Source: a virus. From it: a stretch of DNA of 64,000 bases. This document shows positions 39,928-51,100 of the stretch, in pieces. The stretch spans positions 1 through 64,000 of IMG/VR virus record IMGVR_UViG_3300005253_002057. The stretch is one strand, 5' to 3'. Each line of letters starts with the position of its first letter. The first letter of the stretch is position 1. The position numbers and the translations under genes were made by a program. The notes beneath the pieces are model-generated. The model saw only the letters and a list, made by a program, of their open reading frames with translations. It searched no databases and was not told the DNA's origin.

Positions 39928-42418
39928 CAAGCGATATCCTATTGCCTGGGCTATAGTATTAGTTTTTGCTTTATTATTTATAAATGTCTTTGATTCTATA
40001 AGTAATAAAGCTTGTAAGACTTATGCTAATCACGTAGTAACTGACTTCTGTAGACAAACTGACATATTTGTTACTAAGGTAAGTCCTGGAAATCTTAGTA
40101 ACTATCCAGTAGCAGTTCCTATAGATCTTAGAGCCTATGTAGATGGAAATACTCTCTCTGAATTTGGCTGGGACATTCTTCCTGTACAAGGGGCTGAAGT
40201 TCCAGCTATGATACAAGATATAGACCCTGGAGATGTAGAGAGTATCTTTTGGATTCAGGGAGACTTATTAGGCAGTGAAGCCACTGTTACCTTTAATGTC
40301 TATACAGGTAATGCAGATTTTAAGCGAGATCAGGGAATTCTCTTACATCAAGCTTCTGGCGCCGACTCTTTATCAGTACTTGCCGATGCAGTCTTTAATA
40401 TAACAGACAATATTGAAGTTATAGTACATGCAGATACTGATACACCAGATCAGAATGGAATTCTACTAGATAAGTTAAATGGAAATAATGGTTACCAGTT
40501 AGAAGTAACTACTACAGGAGCTGGTAGTATACTTGCCACAGTAGGGAGTGGTGCAGCTACTGATACTTTAGAAGTAGCTTGGACTGGTGATGAAACTATA
40601 AGAATGACCTTTGATGCAGGGGCTGTTAACGATTTAGATATATCATTTCTTAATGCTGCTGGAGTATGGGTATCTCAAGGAGATACAAATACAACCTTTG
40701 CTAGCTTAGGAACACATGGTAATGATCTTCTCATAGGCACTGGCTTTGATGGAGTTATACAAGAAGTTGAAATAAGAGATGATGTAGGTTTAGGCTCCTA
40801 TGCTAAAGTAGCCCAGTGGTCTTTTGATGCTAGAGATATAACTGAGACTCAAACTGGAACTGATGCAAATAGTTGGACTTATATAGGAACTGTAGAAGAA
40901 CTTATATCAACGCACGACGCTACTTATACCTTAATAAATGACCAGTCAGGACTTAGCGTAGCTATAGGAACTGCTCCTTTAGTAAGTGGAGCCAGTTCGA
41001 GTATACAAGGAGTTGCTTTCGCACTCTCAGCCTTAGATTCTATAGCTGGACTAGCTGGGGCTACTAATGCAGTAGAAGCTTGGCAAAGAAATACTAATAC
41101 ATGGTATATAGGAGTAGTATACGATGTTGCTCCTTTTTTCTCAATACTAGAGTGGAATGGAGATGCTCTATCAGTAAAGTCTACTGCTGGAGTAGGACTC
41201 ATAACTGGACAAGGAAATGCTATATCTTCCTGGCCGTCTAGAACTGTAGTAAGTGATAGAATTATAGCAATAGGGCATAACACAGCGCCCTTTCTAACAT
41301 TATTAAGATGGGATGACAGTGCTCAAGCTATAATAGGGGAAGATACTCCAGCTTTAGCCCCTCAGGGTAATACTTTAGATCTTGTCCACTGGACTAATCC
41401 TAGAGTGAGCACTGTAACAATAGCTGTAGCCAACGTAGTTGATGTAGAATTTTACTCCTATTCAGAACGAGAATCCAATCTTAGCTTTAAAGGAAGTCCT
41501 ACAATACCTATCCCAGAGCTAACTGCAATTACTTCTATATCCATACCTCAGGAATTTAGAAAGAGAACAGTAAATACTAATTTAGATGTAGAGGACACAA
41601 GCGTATTTATAACTCAAGCCCAGGCTTTTGGTGCTGATGTTCTTAGTTGGTTATGGATAGATAGCTCTAACGCTGACGAAGATGTAGCAGATGACGACTT
41701 TAGCCTTACTGATGACACTACTGATATAATAGTCTGGAATGATCGAGAGGGTGATGCTTCTGAGCACTTAATACTTATTGCTTATTCTTCAGGCAGTGAG
41801 TTAAGAGTACTAAGAACTAGTCATGAAAAAGGTAGTATATTATCTCAAGCCACTATAAACTCTGCTGGAACTAGTACAGCGGTAGATAGCTGGAGTACAG
41901 AAGTTGTGGCTAGCAGACTAATTGCCTCTACTTATATTACTACAGCTAGAGTAGACTTACTAACATGGAATGAGCAAGCTTTAGGAACAGTAGCTACCTT
42001 AGGTTTAGCCACCTCTCCAACTCATCTTACTTCTTGGAAAGAACCTGCAGACACTGTAGTAGCTGCAGTAGAAAGTCAAATATTAGCCATAAGCTGTGGC
42101 TCATGTAATGGAGTGTCTATAGTAAGAGCTTCAGTATCACTGGAGGAAATAATAGTAAGAGAAGAAGGGCTAGACTTTATAGAAACCTTTGCAGCTCAAG
42201 TAGGTTTAGACTCAGTGGCTGCAGCTGGTATAGTAATACTCCTTTCTTTTGTAGGTATATATATAATAGAAGGAAATCTAATAGGTTCAGGGCTAGTTAC
42301 GTCTGGCCTGCTAATATACTTTTTAGTAACAGGACTTATAGGTTTCTGGGTTGCTATACCTATAGTATTTCTAGGACTATTTGCACTGTATAGTAGATAT
42401 AGAGGAGCCTGGGAATAG
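39896..42418 (+). CDS. large membrane-anchored virion/adsorption protein (N-terminal TM, 3 C-terminal TM)
   Basis: beta-rich acidic ectodomain with LamG-like and propeller-like repeats; terminal TM cluster. Confidence 0.65.
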   Translation: MRSVNLKKLVNKRYPIAWAIVLVFALLFINVFDSISNKACKTYANHVVTDFCRQTDIFVTKVSPGNLSNYPVAVPIDLRAYVDGNTLSEFGWDILPVQGAEVPAMIQDIDPGDVESIFWIQGDLLGSEATVTFNVYTGNADFKRDQGILLHQASGADSLSVLADAVFNITDNIEVIVHADTDTPDQNGILLDKLNGNNGYQLEVTTTGAGSILATVGSGAATDTLEVAWTGDETIRMTFDAGAVNDLDISFLNAAGVWVSQGDTNTTFASLGTHGNDLLIGTGFDGVIQEVEIRDDVGLGSYAKVAQWSFDARDITETQTGTDANSWTYIGTVEELISTHDATYTLINDQSGLSVAIGTAPLVSGASSSIQGVAFALSALDSIAGLAGATNAVEAWQRNTNTWYIGVVYDVAPFFSILEWNGDALSVKSTAGVGLITGQGNAISSWPSRTVVSDRIIAIGHNTAPFLTLLRWDDSAQAIIGEDTPALAPQGNTLDLVHWTNPRVSTVTIAVANVVDVEFYSYSERESNLSFKGSPTIPIPELTAITSISIPQEFRKRTVNTNLDVEDTSVFITQAQAFGADVLSWLWIDSSNADEDVADDDFSLTDDTTDIIVWNDREGDASEHLILIAYSSGSELRVLRTSHEKGSILSQATINSAGTSTAVDSWSTEVVASRLIASTYITTARVDLLTWNEQALGTVATLGLATSPTHLTSWKEPADTVVAAVESQILAISCGSCNGVSIVRASVSLEEIIVREEGLDFIETFAAQVGLDSVAAAGIVILLSFVGIYIIEGNLIGSGLVTSGLLIYFLVTGLIGFWVAIPIVFLGLFALYSRYRGAWE

Positions 42419-42422
42419 TAAT

Positions 42423-42752
42423 ATGAGAGCTGTAATAATATTTACATTACTTTTTTACTCCTTGGTTGGCTTTATAATAACTAAGCTTCCTACTCCTGAC
42501 CAAGCAGAGGGCTTCAATATAATAACTGAAGCTGACATAGAAGAAACTGTAGTAGTAAAAGCTTCTGAGCAGCCTAGCCCAGCTACTGCCATAGTAGTGG
42601 CAGGACTAAATCTCTTTGCAGTAATAAAGACTATATATCTATTACTTAGCTTTCAATTAAGTGGAGTTCCATTTCTTATAAATCTATTGTTCTTAGTCCC
42701 AGCAAATATAACAGTCTATATGGTAGCAGTCCAGTTGGTTAGAGGGGGCTAG
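42423..42752 (+). CDS. small membrane protein (3 TM)
   Basis: MRAVIIFTLL..., hydrophobic C-terminal hairpin. Confidence 0.6.
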   Translation: MRAVIIFTLLFYSLVGFIITKLPTPDQAEGFNIITEADIEETVVVKASEQPSPATAIVVAGLNLFAVIKTIYLLLSFQLSGVPFLINLLFLVPANITVYMVAVQLVRGG

Positions 42753-44891
42753 ATGACTAAGAAACTAGCAGGGCTAGTTCTAGTCTTTATATTCTTTCTA
42801 AGTAGCTTTACTTCAGTACCAGTATCTGAAGCTTCGCATTTAGGAATAGAGTTTCTGTTTGATAATGGAGACCATTTTATAGCTGGAGAACCTGTAAGAA
42901 TTAGATTGAGAATAGACTTTACAGTAGGAGCTCTTTTCACAATACAGTTAGTAAGACTTGATACCTCGGAAGTAAAAAACATACAAACCTTTGTAGTTCC
43001 AGCAGCTATAAATGGCTTTAGTACTATAAATTATGAGTATAAGTCTGAGGCTACTGATTTCTTTCCCTTCTCTTTAGTAGCTACTGATTTAGATGCTATA
43101 TCTAGAATAGCCTTTATAGCTATTCTTCCTAATAGCATAGCTAGTTCTCAAGGTGCTTTCGATAACTTAGCTCTTGATACAGTCTATATAGTTGATGCAA
43201 GCCCAGATTTTGAGCTTAGATTAAATGACTATACTTTTAAGCAGGGGGAGTACATAGTAGTCTGGCATAGATTAGAAACAGTTGCAGAATCAGTAGCCCC
43301 TGATATAGTAGAGCATGTATCTAATCAAGATGTTAGATCGGAACTTCAGCTTTATGACGTAGCCTTTAACTCAAATGGAGTAGTACTACCAATAAATAAG
43401 CCTCCAGAGGCTACTGATAATCCACGTTATACCTTACTTGTTCCTGTGTTCGAAGGAGAAACTAGTACCCCTTTCACTGATAATACTCACGCTATCCCTA
43501 ACAGTGGACTATTTGTAATTGGATTAGATAAGTCAGATCAATCTATAGATAGATTTACTGGAGGATCTGGCACTATGGCTGCTAGGACTCCAGATAAATC
43601 TAGTGTCTTAGGAGCAACATGGACTAACCAAGTAGGAACTTGGTCAGTAGATGGTAGCGGAAAAGCTTCTCCTACTGCATCTGCTGCTTCTGGACCTTAT
43701 ACCTTTAGCGCAGTAACTACATTACAAGATGGAGCTACTGCATTTAGTAATAAGACCTTTTCTGCAGCCATAGACATAGATACAGTAGCAGCTGCTGGTA
43801 GTGTTGGGATAGTTACTAACTGGACAGATTCAAATAATCATTGGCGCTTTATAATTACTTGGGATGCTACTCCAGCTGACGCTACATTTTCTATAGGTAA
43901 TTATAATGCTGGGGTGTTGTCTGAAGTAGCTTCTGGAGCTATTACTCTTGCAGTAGATGACGTAGTTAATCTTTTTGTTAGTGTGGATAAAGAAGGAACA
44001 CAAGGAAACTGGACTATACTGGCTTTAAAAGGAGACCAGTCCCCTACGTTAGGAGATAATGTAACTGTAGTCGAGCCTTTATTAGAGTTCTCCTTTGCAG
44101 ATAATACTTTATTAGATGCTGATGGCCCAGATACTTGGGGTCTAATAGCTACAAGTGCAGTGGATGCAGCTAATGTACTTAACAGATCTGTAGAGTATAT
44201 AGCCTGGACTGCATTACTACCCTCTGTGCTAGCAGTAAATGAGCCTGACCATGCTCAAAACTTTGTAGATCAATATGGGCTAGAAAATCCAGTAGTAGGT
44301 ATAGCTATATCAGGAAAGTCTTTCGAGGTTATAGAACAGTTTAATGTAGTATCACTTAACTCAGAGCAACTAGTAAAACTAGCCCATCCAGATGCTAAAG
44401 TATTTACCAGCTTTAATAGTAAGGTACTGCAAGATACTGGAACTGCTACTAGACAAGAATTAGCCTATTCTTATAGGGATTCCAGAACTTTGAATCTAGG
44501 TACAGTTGTATGCTGCTCAGATGATACTCATCATATATCACTGGAGCTAGCATCTACTAGAGTAAATTCTAGAACTGGTAGTACTTATGTCTGGATATTA
44601 GCAACTGAGTATACTGTAGGGCAAGTAAGAAGTGTAGTGGGGGGATTAAACAGACTATCTGGAAGCTTTGGGATGGGCGATACTAAAGGACATATTGCTT
44701 TTGCTTTTATACTTTCTCTTTTAGTTACCATACTTATGCTACACTTTTCCCTAACAGGATCTATTATAGCTGGGACTACACTATGGATAGGACTTGTAGT
44801 AATAGGTTATGTACCACCTTGGACGCTGATGTTTCTAGTACTAATAGGAGGATTACTAAATGTAACAGGGCTCCTAAGTAGGGAAGTATAA
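42753..44891 (+). CDS. secreted/virion protein with signal peptide and 3 C-terminal TM helices
   Basis: signal peptide ending SEA; lectin-like beta region; C-terminal TM cluster like fusellovirus VP4-type proteins. Confidence 0.65.
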   Translation: MTKKLAGLVLVFIFFLSSFTSVPVSEASHLGIEFLFDNGDHFIAGEPVRIRLRIDFTVGALFTIQLVRLDTSEVKNIQTFVVPAAINGFSTINYEYKSEATDFFPFSLVATDLDAISRIAFIAILPNSIASSQGAFDNLALDTVYIVDASPDFELRLNDYTFKQGEYIVVWHRLETVAESVAPDIVEHVSNQDVRSELQLYDVAFNSNGVVLPINKPPEATDNPRYTLLVPVFEGETSTPFTDNTHAIPNSGLFVIGLDKSDQSIDRFTGGSGTMAARTPDKSSVLGATWTNQVGTWSVDGSGKASPTASAASGPYTFSAVTTLQDGATAFSNKTFSAAIDIDTVAAAGSVGIVTNWTDSNNHWRFIITWDATPADATFSIGNYNAGVLSEVASGAITLAVDDVVNLFVSVDKEGTQGNWTILALKGDQSPTLGDNVTVVEPLLEFSFADNTLLDADGPDTWGLIATSAVDAANVLNRSVEYIAWTALLPSVLAVNEPDHAQNFVDQYGLENPVVGIAISGKSFEVIEQFNVVSLNSEQLVKLAHPDAKVFTSFNSKVLQDTGTATRQELAYSYRDSRTLNLGTVVCCSDDTHHISLELASTRVNSRTGSTYVWILATEYTVGQVRSVVGGLNRLSGSFGMGDTKGHIAFAFILSLLVTILMLHFSLTGSIIAGTTLWIGLVVIGYVPPWTLMFLVLIGGLLNVTGLLSREV

Positions 44892-44923
44892 TGACCAAGG
44901 TTTATCCCTGCCACAGCCAAGAC

Positions 44924-44952
44924 TTGACACTTGGCGCAATCTGATGTATAAT
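44924..44952 (+). promoter_or_regulatory. sigma70-type promoter of the assembly operon
   Basis: TTGACA-17-TATAAT preceded by TAATGACCAAGGTTTA (44889-44904). Confidence 0.9.
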
Positions 44953-44961
44953 TAATATATA

Positions 44962-45504
44962 ATGATTTTAACTAATAATCCAGCTGCTATACAACTACTC
45001 CTTGTGATAAGTGTACTCTTTACTGCAGGATTAATTCTAGCCTTATACTTTGGCTTTAGAAGATGGATAGCAGCTAGAATGTTAGTATGGGTAATACACC
45101 CAGATAGAAGACTAAGCAAACATATGGTTAGACCAGAATCTGACGGTAATATAAGAATACCTAAGATAGGGTCTAGATTTCTTTTCACTCCTGCTGATGT
45201 ATTCTACTCCAGTCTTCCTTTAGTAGGGGAACCAATTCCAGCAATAATGTGTCACATAGATAAACCTGAGGCGCTGGATATAATAGGGCTAGTTCCCAAA
45301 GAAGGTATAACTTCTACTGAGTTATCAAGTGCTTTCGATAATAGAATGTTAGAGCAGTGGGTAAGAGCTACTAAAGAGCCAGGATTGGCTAGATTAAGGT
45401 CTACTTTGGTAATAGGATTAGCAGCCGTGCTGCTTGCAGTACTAGGTTCTACATACTTTATTGCTACCTCAGTATTAGGTCCTATAAGCCTACTGGAAAG
45501 ATAA
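44962..45504 (+). CDS. membrane protein with TM at each end (assembly factor candidate)
   Basis: hydrophobic helices at both termini; upstream of the ATPase. Confidence 0.6.
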   Translation: MILTNNPAAIQLLLVISVLFTAGLILALYFGFRRWIAARMLVWVIHPDRRLSKHMVRPESDGNIRIPKIGSRFLFTPADVFYSSLPLVGEPIPAIMCHIDKPEALDIIGLVPKEGITSTELSSAFDNRMLEQWVRATKEPGLARLRSTLVIGLAAVLLAVLGSTYFIATSVLGPISLLER

Positions 45505-45507
45505 AAA

Positions 45508-45987
45508 ATGGAATTCTTTTCTAAGCAAAAGACTAAGTCATCTAATAATGGAGCCACTCCTAGTGAGAACTCTTCTAGCAATAATAAAGTAGAAGCTGGG
45601 GATAATAACTTTAGAAGCGCCTTTTGGCAGAGTCTAGCTGGACAGGCACCTACTACAGAAGGGGGCCAAGGTTTAGCCTCTCTATTAGGTATAGGAGGTC
45701 TTGGCGGAGACGATAATCAAAATGCTTTAGAGTTATTTGACATTCCTACAGACTTTGGTGATCTTCATGAGCTTAGAAGACTAATAGCAAAGTCTGATAT
45801 TCCAGCTGAGTTGGTACAACCACTAATGACTTTACTAGGATTGGCTGAAAGATTTGCATCCAAGCTAGTTCCAAGCCTAGTAGGTTGGTACTTGGTAGGT
45901 AGAATAGGAAAGAATAGACTTGGACGGGAAGAGTTTATCAGAGCAACTCAACGGCAAGCCTTAGTACAGAAGGACGATGATGACTAA
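45508..45987 (+). CDS. hypothetical protein
   Basis: ORF abutting the ATPase gene. Confidence 0.55.
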   Translation: MEFFSKQKTKSSNNGATPSENSSSNNKVEAGDNNFRSAFWQSLAGQAPTTEGGQGLASLLGIGGLGGDDNQNALELFDIPTDFGDLHELRRLIAKSDIPAELVQPLMTLLGLAERFASKLVPSLVGWYLVGRIGKNRLGREEFIRATQRQALVQKDDDD

Positions 45988-46524
45988 GTGGCTATAACAG
46001 TGATAACTGGCCCTATGGGAAGTGGAAAGACTACTCTTATGACTGCAGTAGGAGTACTGGCCCATGAACTAGATGGAGTTAGGATATTCTGTAACTATCG
46101 CTTGACTGGTATAGAACATACCTTTTTTAGACCTACTGAGTTTGCCGACTTGATGGAGGCTGAGGAATTAAATAATTGCATAGTTCTATTAGACGAGGCA
46201 TATCTTCTTATGGATTCCCGTACTTCTGGTGCTAGGATAAATAGATTATTTTCCGCTTTTACTTACCAAGCAAGAAAAAGAGGAGTAGACTTACTAGTAG
46301 TTACTCATCATACAGATCATATAGATAAGCGAATAAGAAGAGCCATGTCTTATAGATGGAGGCCTAGATTTAATCCAACTACTCATGTAATAACTGTATA
46401 CTCAAAGGCTGAAGAAGTAGGGCATAGGTCTAGATTCAAGATACAAGCAGATAAGTTCTGGCCTTACTTTGACACTAATGAGATTCCTATTATAAGCAAG
46501 CAGTTAAAGAGGGTAGTATTTTAA
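45988..46524 (+). CDS. Zot/pI-like morphogenesis (genome extrusion/packaging) ATPase
   Basis: GPMGSGKT, IFCNY, VLLDEAY...DSR, QARKRGVDLLVVTH...IDKRIR. Confidence 0.85.
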   Translation: MAITVITGPMGSGKTTLMTAVGVLAHELDGVRIFCNYRLTGIEHTFFRPTEFADLMEAEELNNCIVLLDEAYLLMDSRTSGARINRLFSAFTYQARKRGVDLLVVTHHTDHIDKRIRRAMSYRWRPRFNPTTHVITVYSKAEEVGHRSRFKIQADKFWPYFDTNEIPIISKQLKRVVF

Positions 46525-46698
46525 TCAAGAAGCTGTTCCAGTACAGCTTAGTAGGGGATTGTGCTTCTGTACTGTGTAGCTAACTGCTAAGAAGGAGGTT
46601 GTCATGAGCTTTGGCCCTGGCGTAAAGATTTAGGCTATAGGCTAACTGAAAAAGATCCGGTTGAGGAAGCGTGAGATATAGGCGATCAAGTTACTACT

Positions 46699-47397
46699 GT
46701 GGTGGACTCCCCTACTAAGGAAAAGTCCCTAGATGAAATTAGGACTAACCTAGCAAAGTCCTATGTTGAGAACAGTGGTGGCTTGGTCGCTGTATATAAT
46801 AGGGAAGAAATAACATTTCTATTAAGTATTCTAACTAGAGCTCTAGAAGGTAGTACTTTTCCAGGTCAGCAAAGAATAGTTAATGAAACTAGACAACTTC
46901 TAAGTAAATGGGACTGGAGCAAGCTTCCAGCTGAACTAGAGGGTAACTTAAAGCTTTACGTCTTTAATAGACTTAAGTTAGAAAAATCAAAGACCTACAC
47001 TTTTAGAAGAGTAGAGGCTTTAATATTTGCTGACCAGAATAAGGAGAAGGGTTTGAATCAAGAAAATCAAGGAAGTAGTAGCCTAGAACAGTACGCAGAG
47101 TCTCAAGATGAAGACTCAGAAGTAATAGATTTGCAGAAAGCGGATGACGAAGAGTTCACCTACTATGTAGTTAGGGCTGAGGAATTCTCCCGCTTTGAGC
47201 TAGCTACTATTTTAATTTCGATGGGAAATCAGTCGGAAGAAGATCTACAAGTAAGACTTCACGAAGAATTACTTATAGTATCTGATGACCCTGACTTAGA
47301 AGATCATCAAGAAGAAAGTCTTGCTGTCTATATACTTGACCTAGAAAAGGATGGAGGTATTTTAGATAAGAAGGCTCTAGATGAACAAAAAGACTAG
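46699..47397 (+). CDS. hypothetical acidic protein
   Basis: long ORF with an acidic C-terminal half. Confidence 0.55.
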   Translation: MVDSPTKEKSLDEIRTNLAKSYVENSGGLVAVYNREEITFLLSILTRALEGSTFPGQQRIVNETRQLLSKWDWSKLPAELEGNLKLYVFNRLKLEKSKTYTFRRVEALIFADQNKEKGLNQENQGSSSLEQYAESQDEDSEVIDLQKADDEEFTYYVVRAEEFSRFELATILISMGNQSEEDLQVRLHEELLIVSDDPDLEDHQEESLAVYILDLEKDGGILDKKALDEQKD

Positions 47398-47714
47398 TCT
47401 GTAATGAATAAGGTTCAATATATCTTATCTCTATGGTATTATATACTAGGAGATATAACTAAAGAAATAGTAGAGTTGCTAAATTCAATAGCTATACACT
47501 ATGCTCCTGAGCCCCCTCTAGATATATCTGACAAAGGTAATCTTAATCTATTCGACTTATTACTACTAGGCACTTACGAAGGAGGCAAGATAATGGCTGG
47601 GCTTCTTAGAAAAGGCCTAGTAGCATATAGAAAAGGTATGATAATAGGGGGAAAAGCCTTAATAGCATACTCTAAAAAGAAACGCAGGGAGAAAAAGCAA
47701 AGACAGGGAGTGGG

Positions 47715-47909
47715 ATGACTAAGAAAGCAGCTACTCTAGGGGACATAAAAAAGGCGGCTAACTCCTATCATAAAGGGGTAAAGGAGGCTAGCAAAAGCTT
47801 TCATGGTACCTATGGAGGGGGCATAAAAGACTTAACTAAGCATCTAGGTAGAAAAAAGACTTCTATAAAGGGAAGAAAGGTAAGGGCTAGAAACAGTCTA
47901 AAATTCTAG
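47715..47909 (+). CDS. small basic protein
   Basis: K-rich, 64 aa. Confidence 0.55.
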   Translation: MTKKAATLGDIKKAANSYHKGVKEASKSFHGTYGGGIKDLTKHLGRKKTSIKGRKVRARNSLKF

Positions 47910-48165
47910 CGCTTAATTAATGCTTAATGAGTGAAGAATCTGAGACTGAGGATGAAAACTCTGTAGAATCTGTAGTATTGAGGTTTGCAGGTTTTATAGC
48001 TGGTTTATTCATATTCCTTCATTTCTTACAGAGAATGGAGACTAACCAGCTTTTTCTTTTTCTAGCCTTTATAGGGCTGGGCCTAGGACTGCATGTAGGA
48101 TTTACTGCTTGGCAAGGATTTGGGGCAGTAAGAAAAAAGAGGGATGAGGCTAAGGAGCGTTATAA

Positions 48166-51100
48166 ATGAAGAATCAAATGGCTTTAGTACTTATAATAAT
48201 AGCAGTAGCTGTAGGACTGGTATCTTTAGGTGGGGGAATTACATCACTGGGTGTAGTTGCCCCAATCTCTTCTACAGGAGGTACAGCTCCTACACTTAGT
48301 ATAGCCGCTTGTCCTGATGGAGAAACTTATACCTTTGATTCAGGTACTAGCACCTGGACTTGTGGAAATGCTGGACATACTATACAAGATGAGGCTGTAA
48401 GTCTAGCTACAGAACCAACTCTAAACTTCACTGGAGCTGGTGTAGTCTGTGCGGATAATCCAGGTAATACTAGAACAGACTGTACTATAACAGGAGTAGC
48501 AGGTTCAGGAGTACAGCTAGACTTAGGTAATGATGATGTAATAGAATCCACAGGCATTACAGAAATAAATGTAGATAATGACACTAATTCTATATTTACA
48601 GAAACTCCAGCAGATCAACTATTAATAGATGCTAGTCTTAATTGGCCTATATCAGATGACGTAAGCTGTACAGACTGTCTAAATGCCACAGAGATAGAAG
48701 ATATCTATGTTCTTATTGTTGGAGACACAGTAACAGGGAATATAGACTTCGATGATGGAGTAGGGGAAAGTCCTCGTGTTCTCTTTTCCCCTCAAACAGG
48801 GACAGTCTGGGATATCTACGCAGAAGACGCAACAGATGACTTACAGATAGAAGTTACTACTGCTGTTGCTGAAGGTCTTGATATTGTAAACACTGGTGCA
48901 GGTATTGTAGTTTTAAGTCTTGATTCTTTAGCCACAGGTGGGGCTTCTGAATGTGTAGAGGCAGACACTAATGGAGTATTAGCTCTAGCTGGTTCTGCTT
49001 GTGCATCAGGAGGTGGAGATTCAATAGAAGTAGAGGACGGAGATAATACTGGTACCTTTTCTACTATTGATACTACAGCTAGATTTGAAGACTCAGCAGA
49101 TATTAACTTTTCTTTAGCAGATGGTGGGCCTGGAGGTCCTGACGATATCACTGGAACTGTTAGGGCAAATGCAGTAGCCCTAGCTACAGATACTACTGGT
49201 GCCTTTGTTGCTACAGTAGCAGATTCTGGAAACACTAATATAACAGTAGCAGGCTCAGGAGCTGAGAATGCTGCTGTTACTTTAGATGTTATAGACGTTA
49301 ACTGTACTAACTGTCTTGATGCCACTGAGATTGCAGATATCTATGTTCTAGTTGCCGGAGATGTTATGACAGGCAACCTAGATATGGATGATGGAACCAC
49401 AGATTCTCCTAGAATTCTCTTCACTGTTCAAACAGGTACAGTTTGGGATATCTATGCTGAAGACACAAGTGATGATCTTCAAATAGAAGTAACTACTGGA
49501 GTAGCTGAGAATCTAGATATAGTAAATACTGGTGCTGGAACTGTAGTTCTTACATTGGACTCACTTGCTACTGGTGGGGCTTCAGAGTGTGTTCAAACTG
49601 ATACAAATGGAGTCTTCTCTAATACAGGAGGAGCCTGTGGTGGGGGCAGTGTTGATCTTCAAGGAGCTTACGATAACGAAGTTAATCCAGCTCTTATTAC
49701 CCTTGATAATACTATAGGAGGTATTATCTTTGATGGCGATGCTGAGCTTTCTGACCCCACCTTTACAATTAGAGATGATGGAGGATCTGTAGGAATACTT
49801 ATAGATAATGATGATGAAGCAGGAAATGAGGCAAGTCCTCCTTTAAGAATAGCAAACTCAACAGCAGCTGCTGGAGACACACAGTTTTCTTTTATAGTTA
49901 CAGCAACAAGTGAGTTGGAGATAAGAGGAGATGATGACGCTGCAGACTTAACGATAGAAGCTGATGGGGATCTAGATCTGGCGGCCAATTTGACTTGCTC
50001 TAGTTGTATAGATCTAGGTGGAGAGTCAGCTGGGGCTTACGTGGCTACTGTAGCTGATTCTGGTAATACTAATATTACTGTAGCAGGCTCTGGAGGAGAA
50101 ACAGCAGCAGTTACTTTGGATGTAATAGGTGTTAACTGTACCGACTGTCTTGGAGCTACAGAGATAACTGATATATACGTCTTAGTTGCTGGCGATGTAA
50201 TGGCTGGTAACTTAGACTTTGATGATGGCACTACAGATTCTCCTAGGGTTCTATTTAGACCACAAACTGGAACTCTTTGGAATCTTTATGCAGCTGATTC
50301 TGATGATGATTTTCAAATTGAAGTAAATACTGCAGTAACAGAAGTAGTTGAGTTAACTAATTTAGGCATAGGAGACGTAGACCTAACTCTAGATGGGGAT
50401 ATAAACTGTACAAACTGCATAACTTTAGCCACTGAAACTGTAGGTGCATTCGTAAATGATATCACAGGTGGAGATGGAATATCCTCAACTGGTGGAGGTG
50501 CAGAAGACTCCACACCTACTATAGCAATAGACCTGACAGATGATGCAGATGGAACTAGTGCTACAACTGCAGCTGAAAGTGGGCTGGAGTTTCTTACCAG
50601 TGAGTTATCTTTACTTAGAGGTTGTTCCAACGGGGAGATACTAAAGTGGACTCTCGGAACTGAAGACTGGGGTTGTTCAGCAGATAGTACAGGAGGCTCC
50701 CCTACCTTTGATACTATAGCTTCAGGTACAAATACCACAGCTACAATGACCATAGACGAAGGGGCTGAGATTATTCTAGCAACGGGGGGAATAAATGAAG
50801 CTTCTGAAGTTCTTAATACTGTACATAATGACTCAGGTGCTACACTCTTCCAGTGTACAGCCGTTTACCTAAACGGGTTTGATATTCCAGCTGACCTTCC
50901 AGATGTTTTAATTGCTGATTCTGATGTCTCAGGAGCTGCTATAGGTCTAATATTTTCTGATGCAGTTACAGGGTCTGACGTTTTAATCGTAGTTTCAGGT
51001 CAGATGGATGACCTAGACACAGTAACGGGGGAAGGTTGGACTGTAGGAGATACATTATATCTCAATGACTCTGGTACTTCAGCCGATAATGATTGTGGTA

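Noticed and set aside
45988-46524. Integrated inovirus
   Set aside because: No HUH rolling-circle Rep; the module is continuous in composition and promoters with a >64 kb PolA-encoding genome
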